A DNA stretch of 64,000 bases from Acidobacteriota bacterium (GTDB lineage: Bacteria > Acidobacteriota > Vicinamibacteria > Vicinamibacterales > UBA2999): positions 65,199 to 129,198 of the forward strand of contig JBKPAJ010000021.1 of the NCBI GenBank assembly GCA_046726375.1. The letters run 5' to 3'. The notes below the pieces were generated by a model. It did not search any database. It had not been told where the DNA came from and saw only the letters and a list, made by a program, of their open reading frames with translations. Below are positions 49,017-59,132 of the stretch, one piece after another (positions within the stretch are counted from its first letter, which is position 1; the number at the start of each line of letters is the position of its first letter). Position numbers and translations under genes: made by a program.

Positions 49017-50438
49017 ATGGCGATCACAACCGCACCAACTCGCGCGGCAGCGCTTGTGGTGGTCTTGTCCATGTTGGCCCCGGGCGTGATGGCGCAAACC
49101 CCGGTCAAGCTGCCAAAGAACCGATACACGCCACAGCAGGACGTCGAGCTCGGGCGCCAGGCCGCCGCCGAAGTCCGCGGGCAGTATCCCGTCATCAAAG
49201 ACGAGCGGATCGCTCGGTATCTCGGCCGACTCGGCGATCGATTGGTCGCGGCCGCACCGCCTGAGCTCAAGGAACCGGTCTTCGAGTATTCGTTCACGCC
49301 GGTAAACCTGAAGGAGATCAATGCCTTCGCGCTGCCGGGCGGGCCGATGTTCGTCAACCGCGGCATGTTCGACGCGGCCGCGGCCGAGGGCGAAGTTGTT
49401 GGCGTGATGGCACACGAGCTGTCGCACGTCCTTCTTCGCCATGGAACGGCCAATGCGTCCAAGGCGCAGAATCCGTGGTTGCAATTGGGTCAGATCGCCG
49501 GCGTGGTGGGCGGCGCCGTCGTCGGCGGCGCCGCAGGATCGGCCATCGCGCAAGGAAGCCAGTTCGGACTGGGCACAGTGCTTCTGAAATACAGCCGCGA
49601 CTTCGAGAAGCAGGCGGATCTGCTCGGCGCGCAGATCATGGCCCGCGCCGGCTACGACCCGCGTGCGCTCGCTCGCATGTTCGAGACGATCGAGCGCGAT
49701 TCGAAAGGCAGTGGCGGTGGCAGTCCACAGTGGTTGAGCAGCCATCCCAATCCCGGTAACCGCACGGCGTACATCACCAAAGAAGCAGAGATGCTGACCA
49801 TTGCGAGCGCCGCCGACGAGCGCGAGTTCGCGCCAATCAAAACCGCGTTCGCGTCCTTGCCGGCGGCGACGTCGATGAGCGAGCCCGCCCGCGCCAACAA
49901 TCCGTCGGGCGGCGAGGCGCCTGAATCAGTTGGAACCGTGGGGCAGCCGGTCCCGGCGCCATCGTCGCAGTATCGGACCATCAGCGGCGGCAGGATTTTT
50001 CAAGCGTCCGTTCCAGCCGATTGGACGCCGGTTCAGTCGAACAGCGCGATCAAAGTGGTCGCGCAGAATGGGTACGGTCAACTCAACGGACAAACCGTTT
50101 TCAGCCACGGTGTCGAGTTTGGTGTCGTGAAAGCGGGAACAAGGGACTTGCGGGAAGCGACCAACGCGTGGTTGCAGGCGGCCGCGCAGAGCAATCCTGG
50201 CCTTCGCGTCGCCGGGACGCAGCAAGAGCTGCGGATTTCACAGCGATCGGCGATCGGTACGTCGCTCGTCAACCCGTCGCCGCTCGGTGGTCAGGAACTC
50301 ATTGGCGTGTATACGACGTTTCTCGTCGATGGAACCCTGTTCTATTACCTGACGGTGGTCCCAGAGAAAGACGCACAGATGTTTCAGGAGACATTCCGGC
50401 GCGTGGGCGAGTCTATTCGCTTGACGGAAGCGCGCTGA
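49017..50438 (+). CDS. M48-family zinc metallopeptidase, exported
   Basis: 473 aa with a signal peptide, AFALPGGPMFVNRG, and HExxH in VMAHELSHVLLRHG. Confidence 0.88.
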   Translation: MAITTAPTRAAALVVVLSMLAPGVMAQTPVKLPKNRYTPQQDVELGRQAAAEVRGQYPVIKDERIARYLGRLGDRLVAAAPPELKEPVFEYSFTPVNLKEINAFALPGGPMFVNRGMFDAAAAEGEVVGVMAHELSHVLLRHGTANASKAQNPWLQLGQIAGVVGGAVVGGAAGSAIAQGSQFGLGTVLLKYSRDFEKQADLLGAQIMARAGYDPRALARMFETIERDSKGSGGGSPQWLSSHPNPGNRTAYITKEAEMLTIASAADEREFAPIKTAFASLPAATSMSEPARANNPSGGEAPESVGTVGQPVPAPSSQYRTISGGRIFQASVPADWTPVQSNSAIKVVAQNGYGQLNGQTVFSHGVEFGVVKAGTRDLREATNAWLQAAAQSNPGLRVAGTQQELRISQRSAIGTSLVNPSPLGGQELIGVYTTFLVDGTLFYYLTVVPEKDAQMFQETFRRVGESIRLTEAR

Positions 50439-50530
50439 TCGACCTCAGGTCGAAGCAAGAGTCGGCTGAAATCCAATAACGTCACCCTGTTGTTAGACGC
50501 GAGGATTTGGTGGGCAAACTATCATCCCTG

Positions 50531-50944
50531 CTAGCCATCCGCGCATTCGTCGAGAACGGCCTTGATGTCCACGACGGGGGTGCCATCGATCGCCTCGATC
50601 GGTCCAATCCGCAAGCGCGTTCCCGAGATTTCACGAACGGTCACGCGATGAAGGCCCAACGGGTTGGGCCGGTGCGGAGACCGTGTGGCGAACACAGCCG
50701 TCAGTGGATTGTTGGGGTCGCCGCGAGGGTGCACCTCAAGCACGTCACGGTCGGCATGATGCAGCCAGGTGATCACGATCAGGTCGTCGCCTTTGGCGAT
50801 CCCGAGCAACCCACCAGCGCAGGTCGAATTCAGTTCGAGCCAGGCATCGGGTGCTCCCTCGGAGCCCTGCCGAGGCGCCTCGTCCAGCGCTCGAAGCGTC
50901 GACTGAATACGGCCGAACGTATGCAGGGAGAAGTGATCACTCAT
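50531..50944 (-). CDS. trmO: TsaA/TrmO-like tRNA methyltransferase (UPF0066)
   Basis: 137 aa with …VFATRSPHRPNPLGLHRVTV…IEAIDGTPVVDIK, typical of the TsaA family. Confidence 0.85.
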   Translation of the reverse strand: MSDHFSLHTFGRIQSTLRALDEAPRQGSEGAPDAWLELNSTCAGGLLGIAKGDDLIVITWLHHADRDVLEVHPRGDPNNPLTAVFATRSPHRPNPLGLHRVTVREISGTRLRIGPIEAIDGTPVVDIKAVLDECADG

Positions 50945-51076
50945 TGAATTGACTCGCAGATCACGTAGGTGCGGGCATCTTCCCGCATTCGGCAGCTCAC
51001 GGTTCTGTCGCGATTGTCAGTTTGAATCCACTGGGATCGGTCACCTCGAAGGCGCCAGCGTCCTGGAGAGATCGGG

Positions 51077-52414
51077 GTGATAACTTACCGCGCCAAAGAG
51101 TTCGAGGCTAGATCGAGAGTGATGCAGCCGCAGACGGACAAGCTCGACGGATCCGTCGGTTACACCGCGCGTCCTGCGAGCGTGGTGAGATTGATTGGAC
51201 CGGGATTGCTCGTCGCCGCCGCCGGAATCGGCGCCGGCGACATCGTCTCCGCCACGATGGCGTCGGCGTTTCATGGCCTCACGCTGTTGTGGGTGGTCGT
51301 TCTGGCGGCTTTGTTGAAAGGCGTCCTGAACGAGGGCATCGCCAGATGGCAGCTTGCGACCGACATGACGGCGATCGAGGGATGGTCGCGCTATCTGCCG
51401 TGGTGGGTTCGCGTCTACTTTGCTGCCTATTTGCTCATCTGGACGGTGTCGGTGAGCGCCGCGCTCACGAGCGCGTGCGGCCTGGGTATCGCCAACCTGA
51501 CGCACGGTGTCATCCCGCGCCCCTGGGGGGCGATCGCGCACTCGATCGTTGGCGGCACGCTCGTGCTCGTCGGCGGTTTCCGCGGCTTCGAGAAAGTGAT
51601 GAAAGTGCTCATCGCGACGATGTTCTTCGCGATCGTCGCGTGCGCCGCGTTCACTTTGTCTGATCCGGCGGCCGTGCTCTACGGCCTCTTTGTTCCAAGA
51701 GTACCGAGCGGCGCCGGACCCTCGGTGTTGTCGGTGCTGGGCGGCATCGGCGGCTCGATCGCGATGCTGGCGTACAACTATTGGCTGCGCGAAGAGCGGA
51801 TGCTTGGTGCCGAGTGGCTGCGCTTCGTTCGGATCGACGTCACCATCGCGTATGTGTTTACGGCGCTGTTCGGCATCGCGATCATGATCGTGGGCAATCA
51901 GGCCTTTCACGTGCCTGGTGTCGAAATCACGAACGCGCAGGCCGTAACCAAGATGGCCGGGACCCTCGACCGCATCATCGGCCCAGTAGGCTTCTATGCC
52001 TACTCGATTGGTTTTTGGGCGGCTGTCTTTGCTTCGTTACTCGGAGTGTGGCAAAGCCTGCCGTACCTGTTTGCCGACTACTACGGTCTGATGCGGAATT
52101 ACTCGCGAGCGGAGCGTGAGCGTCTCACGATGGTGACGAGTACGCCGTATCGCCTGACGGTGCTGTTCATCACGCTCATCCCGATTCCTTTCGCGTTCAT
52201 CGACCAGCCGCTCTATATCGTGCGGACGTTCACCATCGTCGGCAGCTTCTTCATTCCTTTCCTCGCGGCAACGCTCCTGTATTTGAATAACGTCTGCATC
52301 CCGGAGGAGAGCGGCGTTCCCAGAAACTCCGCGTTGATCAATCTCGCCCTTGTACTCGCATTGATCGCGTTCGCGATCGTCGGCGCGTCCGAGGCGGGTC
52401 TATTGCGAAGGTAA
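51077..52414 (+). CDS. NRAMP-family divalent metal transporter
   Basis: 445 aa with GPGLLVAAAGIGAGDIV (DPGN-equivalent region) and ~11 TM segments. GTG 51077 has GGAGAG upstream; an alternative ATG is at 51122. Confidence 0.82.
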   Translation: MITYRAKEFEARSRVMQPQTDKLDGSVGYTARPASVVRLIGPGLLVAAAGIGAGDIVSATMASAFHGLTLLWVVVLAALLKGVLNEGIARWQLATDMTAIEGWSRYLPWWVRVYFAAYLLIWTVSVSAALTSACGLGIANLTHGVIPRPWGAIAHSIVGGTLVLVGGFRGFEKVMKVLIATMFFAIVACAAFTLSDPAAVLYGLFVPRVPSGAGPSVLSVLGGIGGSIAMLAYNYWLREERMLGAEWLRFVRIDVTIAYVFTALFGIAIMIVGNQAFHVPGVEITNAQAVTKMAGTLDRIIGPVGFYAYSIGFWAAVFASLLGVWQSLPYLFADYYGLMRNYSRAERERLTMVTSTPYRLTVLFITLIPIPFAFIDQPLYIVRTFTIVGSFFIPFLAATLLYLNNVCIPEESGVPRNSALINLALVLALIAFAIVGASEAGLLRR

Positions 52415-52437
52415 GCGCGTAGAGCTCGGCGCCGGTA

Positions 52438-52812
52438 TCATTTTTCTTTCTGCGCGTACTCGTCTGCTCCGAGAAAGTGCAGAGAGACATACACCTCGTC
52501 GCCAACGACCCAGCTGTCGTGTGGAATGGGCGGTATGTAGAAGAGCGTTCCGGGGTGCAGTTCCACCACACGACCGTCGTCGAAGGCGGCCGTAGCGACA
52601 CCAGCCAGGACGAGGCCGATATGCTCGACCGGGCATCGCGTGCGCCCGAGCGCAACGCCGACGTGCTCGGACCATTTCCACCCCGGTTTATACGTTGCGC
52701 GGCCGAACGTCTGCCCGGCAAGTCGAACCACTTCGAACCGGCCCTTCTCGAATTCCCGTACTTCGTCCGGTTTCTCGAAGCGGCGGAGGATCAGGTCTAG
52801 TGAGGACATCAT
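52438..52812 (-). CDS. cupin-domain protein
   Basis: ATG 52812 (GAGG upstream) gives 124 aa with a cupin beta-barrel pattern (…HIGLVLAGVATAAFDDGRVVELHPGTLFYIPP.PHDSWVVGDE…). Confidence 0.72.
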   Translation of the reverse strand: MMSSLDLILRRFEKPDEVREFEKGRFEVVRLAGQTFGRATYKPGWKWSEHVGVALGRTRCPVEHIGLVLAGVATAAFDDGRVVELHPGTLFYIPPIPHDSWVVGDEVYVSLHFLGADEYAQKEK

Positions 52813-52986
52813 GAGCCTCACACTATCACTCACGAATAGCGCCGGCGTAGACCCACTGATCGGCAATTGGTTCGCACCCACAGGGTTGGCGTCATTGGCG
52901 CACTCAGCCTCCTAGAGAACGTTCGAGGCGCGGCGGCGCATCTGGTGCGTGGTATTCTCTCCGCGCGTTTGCGCAGGAGAGGAACC

Positions 52987-53663
52987 ATGGTCCTGACGAA
53001 GTCCGAACTCGTCCCGTCTCTTCAGCACAAAGTGCGCATTCTGCTTCACCTTGCGAGCAAGATCGACCGCGCGAAGTTGGACGACCGTCCCACGCCAAGG
53101 CAGCGCAGCACGCTCGAGTTGCCGCAGTACTTGAGCGTCATGGGACCGGCGCTCATCAGGGCCGCCAAGGCCGGGGCCTTCGATCCGGCCGCGTGGACGG
53201 CCGCCGAGAAAGCCGCCAAAGACTTGGACTTCGATCAGGCAGTGGCGGCGATCGCCGCGCAGCGCTACACGTATCCAGATTTTCTTGCCGACGTTTCGGA
53301 CGACGACTTCCGTGACGAGGTCCGATGTTCGGCAACCACACAACCCGCGGCGCGTTCATCGTCAACCTAGTGCTCGGCGGATGCGCGGCTCACAGGACGC
53401 AGAAATTCAACTATCTCAAGGCGTGCGTCCGCGAAGAGTTGAGCACGATGAACTGCTGGGCGGGGGTCGACGCGCCGGCGCCCGGTTCCTCGCCGCCTGC
53501 GACAGTTGACAACACTCAGCGAGTGCTTACGGCGCCTAAACCCCGGAGCTCGCCGGAGCTCACTGGAGTGGATAGCGCCAACGGCGCCCACCGCACGAAA
53601 GCGGCCGGTTTTGCGCTCATACGGTCGGATCACTTCGATGCCACGATTCGCAACTCCAAGTGA
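52987..53663 (+). pseudogene. DinB-like helical-bundle protein split over two overlapping frames
   Basis: ATG 52987 (GGAGAGGA upstream) reads MVLTKSELVPSLQHKVRILLHLASKIDRAKLD…DDDFRDEVR, then turns unnatural. Frame +1 from 53325 continues MFGNHTTRGAFIVNLVLGGCAAHRTQKFNYLKACVREELSTMNCW…. The family name is tentative. Two separate overlapping genes remain possible. Confidence 0.55.
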
Positions 53664-53709
53664 ATTGAGGGGTTAGACCACTTACTTCTGCCGCTACTGA
53701 GAGCCTCCT

Positions 53710-56691
53710 ATGCGATTGATACATGCAGTTATGGGCATACTCCTTACGGCACCCGCCATGCCGGCGTGGGCGCAGACTCCTAACACCGCGGCGATTGTCG
53801 TCCTCGTCGTCGACCAGACCGGCGGTGTCGTGAGAGACGCGAACGTCAGCCTGATAAACGCGGCGACCGGGGCAACCCGTGACGTGATGTCCGGCGACGA
53901 CGGGTCCGCGGCTGTTGCGGCGTTGCCGCTTACCGGCACGTACGCGATCAAAGTGACGAAAGCCGGTTTCACGGCCGAGGACGTCGCCGGCCTTACGCTT
54001 CGCGCCGGCGAAACCGCCACCGTCAGGGTGAGGCTCGTCGCCAGCGGCGGCACAACAGAGGTGATCGTTTACGGCACCGAGCAAGGTGTGCGTGCCGACG
54101 CGCAGATTGGGCGCCGGATGGACAGCCCTCTTATCGATGAGACACCGATTCTCGGTCGCAAAGTTGGCAACCTGCCGCTGTTCAACTCAGCTTTTCGCCA
54201 GGGAAAAGGCACGGGCGACCTCTTTGTCACCACGCCCTACTTCATCACGGGCGCAGGCAGCCGCCGCACCACGACGTTCATGCTGGACGGTGCGAGCAAC
54301 GACGAAAGCTGGGGACGCCAAACTATGCTCGCGACAGTGCCGATCGGCGCGGTGCAGGAAATCGCCGTGCTGTCGAACGCGTTTTCAGCGGAATTCGGCT
54401 GGACCGCTGGACCCGCGCTGAACATCGTGACCAAATCCGGCACGAACGTGCTGCACGGCGAAGCGTTGTACATGGTGCGTCCCGGCAGTACGCAAGCGGA
54501 GACGTTCTCGACCACGGGCTTCTGCCCGCCGTCGCTAGCGAGCTGCACGATGCCCAGCACACTCCAGGCGATCAACCCCGCGGACGTCCCCGACGAGCTC
54601 GATCAGGTTTCCGGATCGATCGGCGGCTCGATCGTGAAGGACAAGACGTTCTTCTTTGGCACCAGCGACTACACGTGGCAGGACCGCACGACGTTTCTCT
54701 CGAATACGCTTCCGCAGTTTGTGTTGCCGCCGGACGGCAGTCTCGCCTATGTGGGTCATTATCGACAGGCGCTTGTCGACGCGAGGGTTGACCACAAACT
54801 CACGCCTGGGCAGTCGTTGATGTGGCGATTCAACGTCGATCGGATGTACGACACGAATCCGAACGACGCCGTCGTGGGTACCAACGCGCCAACGGTCGCG
54901 CGCAGGTATACGCGGCGATCCTGGACGACTCAGCTCAATCACACCGCCGTTCTCACCCCGAATCTCTTGAGCGAAGCGCGATTGACCTACTTGCATGGCG
55001 ATCCGGTCACTCTTTGGGAAGCGCAGTCGCTTTCGACCACGTACACGCGCGCTGGGTCAATGCCGTTCACGATCGGCGAATCGCGCTCGGCCGATCTCTT
55101 CAGCCGCCAGGTGCAGTTGGCCGACACGCTGTCGTGGTCACGCGGCAAGCACAATCTGCGGTTCGGCGGCAGCCTTATTCGTCACAGCACGGGTGGCTTT
55201 GGCAGCGAGCCCGGACAGGCGGTGCTCGGCACGTTTACGTTCCTCAGCACGACTACGGCGCCGTTTGAACAGTTGACGCTCGCCGACGTGCAGCAGTACA
55301 CGCAGCCGATTAGCTATGGCATCACCAGCTACGAGCTGAAACAGTGGATGTCGGTGGCGTTCGTACAGGACAACATTCGCGTGAGCGACGATCTTATGGT
55401 TGACGCCGGCCTTCGCTACGACCGCCAGACGCTGACCGATGCAACGAAGAACTTTGCGCCGCGCGTGGGGGTCGGGTGGCACCCGAATGGCGATTGGCGT
55501 CTGGCGATTCGCGGCGGCTACGCAATGTACTACACGCAGATTCGCGCCAACGCGCTCGCGAGCGCGCTCACTGGCGGCCTCGACGGTCTCGTGACACACA
55601 CGGCAACGCCCGGACAGTTCGGGTTTCCAACCTGTTTGACTGGGCCGTGCCTGCCGTTGAATTTCGATCCGCGTACACTGCCGCTGTCACAACAGCCGGC
55701 CCGCAACATCACCGTGCGTGCGGGCGAGCGGGATTTTTACCGGTCACAATTCGCAACCTATGGGTTGAACTTCGATCTGCTCGCGAACTATCCCGACGAG
55801 TTTGTGAATCCGCGCAGTCAGGTGAGTTCGATCGGCGCCGAGCGCGAAGTCATGAAGGGCCTGTTCGCTGCCGCCGATTACGTGCATCACCACTGGACCA
55901 ACCTCGATCGCACCGTGGACTTGAACGCACCGACGCCGTTCGATCGCAGCGCTGTCGGCCAGGTGAGAAGCGTGGCCGCGGCCAACGCGACACGTCCGAT
56001 CGTGCCGGTGAACGGCGGCGTCCGCACCGTCAACGTGTTGATGAACCTCGGCGTCGCCGATTACGACGCGCTGCAAACCCAGATCACGTATCGTGGCCAC
56101 CCGAAGGTGTACGCGGCTCTCAGTTACACGCTGGCAAAAGCCACCAACACCACCGAGCCGGACGGCAACGGTATCGCGCCCAACGACGGGAACATCGCGC
56201 GCCTCGGTGAAGAAGAGCGCGGACCGAGCGTCGTCGATCAGCGGCATCGCGCTGTCATCACCTTCACCTACGATCTGCCCTACCACATCACCGCGGGGAC
56301 GGTGACACAGCTTGCGTCGGCGCGTCCCTTCAACGCCACCACCGGCATTGATAACAACGGCGACGGCGCCAACAACGATCGGCCCGTCGTCAACGGCACG
56401 GTGATGAGCAAATCGGCGTTTCGCGGAACGGGCACGCAAGACGTCTCAATCTTCGTCGAGGAACGCCTGAAGCTGCACGATCGCACCGTGCTGCTCCGCC
56501 TCGAGGGTTTCAACCTCTTCAATCACGGCAACATCCTTGGCCGCGCGCAGACGACGTACGGCGACACAGCGATTGTGAATCCGACGTTCGGTCAGGTCGT
56601 GAGTGTCGGCACGGCAACGACTGCCCTTCCTTCGCTCGCGAACATCGACCCGCCGCGGATGCTCCAGGCGCAGGTGCGATTCGTGTTCTGA
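53710..56691 (+). CDS. TonB-dependent receptor with CarboxypepD_reg-like N-terminal domain (second copy)
   Basis: 993 aa with signal peptide, VVLVVDQTGGVVRDANVSLINAATGATRDV…GTYAIKVTKAGF, plug and barrel, ending ...LQAQVRFVF. Confidence 0.9.
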   Translation: MRLIHAVMGILLTAPAMPAWAQTPNTAAIVVLVVDQTGGVVRDANVSLINAATGATRDVMSGDDGSAAVAALPLTGTYAIKVTKAGFTAEDVAGLTLRAGETATVRVRLVASGGTTEVIVYGTEQGVRADAQIGRRMDSPLIDETPILGRKVGNLPLFNSAFRQGKGTGDLFVTTPYFITGAGSRRTTTFMLDGASNDESWGRQTMLATVPIGAVQEIAVLSNAFSAEFGWTAGPALNIVTKSGTNVLHGEALYMVRPGSTQAETFSTTGFCPPSLASCTMPSTLQAINPADVPDELDQVSGSIGGSIVKDKTFFFGTSDYTWQDRTTFLSNTLPQFVLPPDGSLAYVGHYRQALVDARVDHKLTPGQSLMWRFNVDRMYDTNPNDAVVGTNAPTVARRYTRRSWTTQLNHTAVLTPNLLSEARLTYLHGDPVTLWEAQSLSTTYTRAGSMPFTIGESRSADLFSRQVQLADTLSWSRGKHNLRFGGSLIRHSTGGFGSEPGQAVLGTFTFLSTTTAPFEQLTLADVQQYTQPISYGITSYELKQWMSVAFVQDNIRVSDDLMVDAGLRYDRQTLTDATKNFAPRVGVGWHPNGDWRLAIRGGYAMYYTQIRANALASALTGGLDGLVTHTATPGQFGFPTCLTGPCLPLNFDPRTLPLSQQPARNITVRAGERDFYRSQFATYGLNFDLLANYPDEFVNPRSQVSSIGAEREVMKGLFAAADYVHHHWTNLDRTVDLNAPTPFDRSAVGQVRSVAAANATRPIVPVNGGVRTVNVLMNLGVADYDALQTQITYRGHPKVYAALSYTLAKATNTTEPDGNGIAPNDGNIARLGEEERGPSVVDQRHRAVITFTYDLPYHITAGTVTQLASARPFNATTGIDNNGDGANNDRPVVNGTVMSKSAFRGTGTQDVSIFVEERLKLHDRTVLLRLEGFNLFNHGNILGRAQTTYGDTAIVNPTFGQVVSVGTATTALPSLANIDPPRMLQAQVRFVF

Positions 56692-56911
56692 GCAGCGTTA
56701 GCGTCAGGGCTCGTTGGCGTCACCGTCCAGATGCAGCGGCTCGTAGAACACACCGTGCGGCCGTGTCATGCCCGTCGTGACCCACGACGGGGCAGCGCTT
56801 TCTCGTGAACATCAGCGACGAGGACGAGAACGCTGAGCCGATCACGGTTATCTTGAACTGGGCAGCCCGGAACCGAACCGGCCGCACGCGCACATTCAAC
56901 CAGTACAATGC

Positions 56912-58663
56912 ATGGTCATGATCGCGAGCTTCATCGTGCCGATCGTGGTCATCCTGCTGGCGAGCATCGGCTGCCGCGCAGCGGAGTCGCGTGAACCGCG
57001 GCCATCCGTCGCGGCCCAGACCGCACCAGCCTCTGCACCAAAGTCACCACCGACGAGTCCTGTTCTCGATCCTGACGTCGCGACGGCGGTCAATCACGTT
57101 CTCTCCTCCGCTGAGCATCCTGAGCTTCGATGGGGCAAGATCCCCGACGTCGCGGCTGCTCTGAAATCGTTGTACGACGCGGAACCCGATCGGCTGTTCT
57201 GGTTCGACGGGACCACTCCGGTTCCGAAATTGACGGCCACTCTCGACGCGCTCGCAAAGGCAGGCGACCACGGCCTCGATCCAGCGGATTACGACGCAGC
57301 GCTGCTCAGCGAGCAATGGGCGACCTTCAAGACGGGCACCATCGCAGCGGCGGATCGCGCGTTGTTCGATCTCGCAGTGAGCGTCGCTGTGGCGCGAATC
57401 GTCAAAGCCGTTCAAGTGGGACGGGTCGATCCCGCGACGATGTACTGGGGCTACGACGTTTCGACCACGCGTGTCGATGTCGCGAAGCTCCTGCCGGCGG
57501 CGCGCGATGGCGACGGGCTGGCCGCCACGCTCGACAAGATCTCGCCACCGGTCACCCACTAGGCTCGCGCGCGGCGCACGCTGGCCATCTACAAGGCGCG
57601 TGCGCGCGCGGGCGAACCGGAGGTCGTGCCCGATCTGCCGAAAGGGCAGACGAAAGTAGAAGCGGGGAAGAGCTGGGTCGGCATCCCGCAGGTGGCGGCG
57701 CGACTGCGTGTGTTCGGCGATCTCGGGGAGGCCGCCCCGGTGGAAGGCACTGTCTACGCGCCGATACTTGTGAGCGCGGTCAAGCGCTTTCAGGAGCGGC
57801 ACGGCCTTGCCAATGACGGCGTGATCGGGGCCGGCACGATCAAGGCGCTCAACGTCTCGCTTGCCGCGCGGGTGCGCCAGATCGAACTGGCGATGGAGCG
57901 CATGCGGTGGCTTCCGGCTCTCAGCAACCGTCCGAATGTGTTCGTCAACGTGGCGCTGTATCGCCTGTGGGCAACCGATCCCACGACGGGCGAGGAGCCG
58001 CTGCGGATGAACGTGGTGGTCGGCCAGTCGCTCAACCATCAAACGCCGATCTTCGTCGAGAAGATGGAGTACGTGATCTTCCGGCCGTTTTGGAATCCGC
58101 CGCCGCGCATCACGGTGAACGAGATCGTGCCGAAGGCGCGCCGTGATCCGTCATATCTGGCGCGCGAGGATATGGAGATCGTCGCCAGCGCCGCCGATAA
58201 CGCGCCGGCGTTCGAGCCCACGCCCGAGAATCTCTCGCAGGTCGTTGCTGGAAGGCTGCATCTACGTCAGAAGCCCGGTCCGCGCAACTCCCTCGGCCTG
58301 GCCAAGTTCATCTTTCCCAACGACGAGGACGTCTACATGCACGGCACGCCGGCGCAGCAGCTCTTTTCGCGGGTGCGCCGCGATTTCAGTCACGGTTGCA
58401 TCCGTGTCGAAGATCCGGCGCGGTTTGCCGCCTGGGTGCTGCGCGACCAGCCGGCATGGACGCCCGAGAAGATCGAGGCGGCGATGCAGGGCGAGAAGCC
58501 CACGCAGGCGAACCTGAAGCAGCCGCTCACGGTGGTGATCTTCTACGACACCGTGCACGTCAACTCAGAAGCGGTGGTGTTCTTCGTGGAAGACATCTAC
58601 GGCCACGATCGCGCCCTCGACGCGGTGCTGTCGCGAGGGTATCCCTATCCCGTCAAGGGGTAA
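56912..58663 (+). pseudogene. YcbB/LdtD-like L,D-transpeptidase interrupted by one in-frame TAG
   Basis: Track ORFs 56912..57562 and 57626..58663 are in the same frame. The only interruption is the TAG at 57560-62 (…ISPPVTH*ARARRTLAIYKA…). The downstream part has a PG-binding domain (FQERHGLANDGVIGAGT) and the YkuD catalytic motif HGTP…SHGCIRV. Confidence 0.8.
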
Positions 58664-58958
58664 CGACGATCGGTCGCGCACAGCCCGCCGACGTAGCCGC
58701 GGACCTTCAGCTCCGCCATGCCGCGACGCAGACAAGCGATCGAATCCAGCAAACCGAAAAAGCGTACCTCGACCGCGTGAGAACGTATCTTCACAAGAAG
58801 AAGAGCGACTGAAGTCGGTGATGCCGGCACCTGTGTCTGGCGAACGCTTCAGCTGCATCGATATCGACAAAGAATCGAACGTCCTCCGCACGTTGCACAC
58901 CGCCTTCGTACAGACGTAGTGTACGAACACCGGCGCGCGGTGGGACAGGAGGTTGACC

Positions 58959-59123
58959 ATGCCAGTCTACGAGTTCGCTTGTCGCGATTGTCAGAAGACA
59001 TTCGAGGTGGTCCGACCAATCTCGCAATCGTCGTCGGCCACCGTCACGTGCACTCACTGCGGGAGCACCAAAGTCGAGCGGATCTGGAGCACGGTGTACG
59101 CGATCACAGCGAAAAAAAGCTGA
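58959..59123 (+). CDS. FmdB-family zinc-ribbon protein (54 aa)
   Basis: Not in the track (<60 aa). AGGAGG lies 7 nt upstream. MPVYEFACRDCQKTFEVVRPISQSSSATVTCTHCGSTKVERIW… has the MP.YE..C..C start and two CxxC pairs. Confidence 0.8.
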   Translation: MPVYEFACRDCQKTFEVVRPISQSSSATVTCTHCGSTKVERIWSTVYAITAKKS

Positions 59124-59132
59124 AGCTAACCG

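Noticed and set aside
50945-51076. Mn2+ (yybP-ykoY) riboswitch upstream of the NRAMP transporter.
   Set aside because: I could not find the conserved GGGGAGUAG-type core or the four-helix arrangement by eye. Only an Rfam scan could settle it.
57560-57562. In-frame TAG as pyrrolysine or programmed readthrough.
   Set aside because: There are no pyl genes and no other in-frame TAGs in the intact genes of the window. A simple nonsense substitution or a consensus error is more parsimonious.
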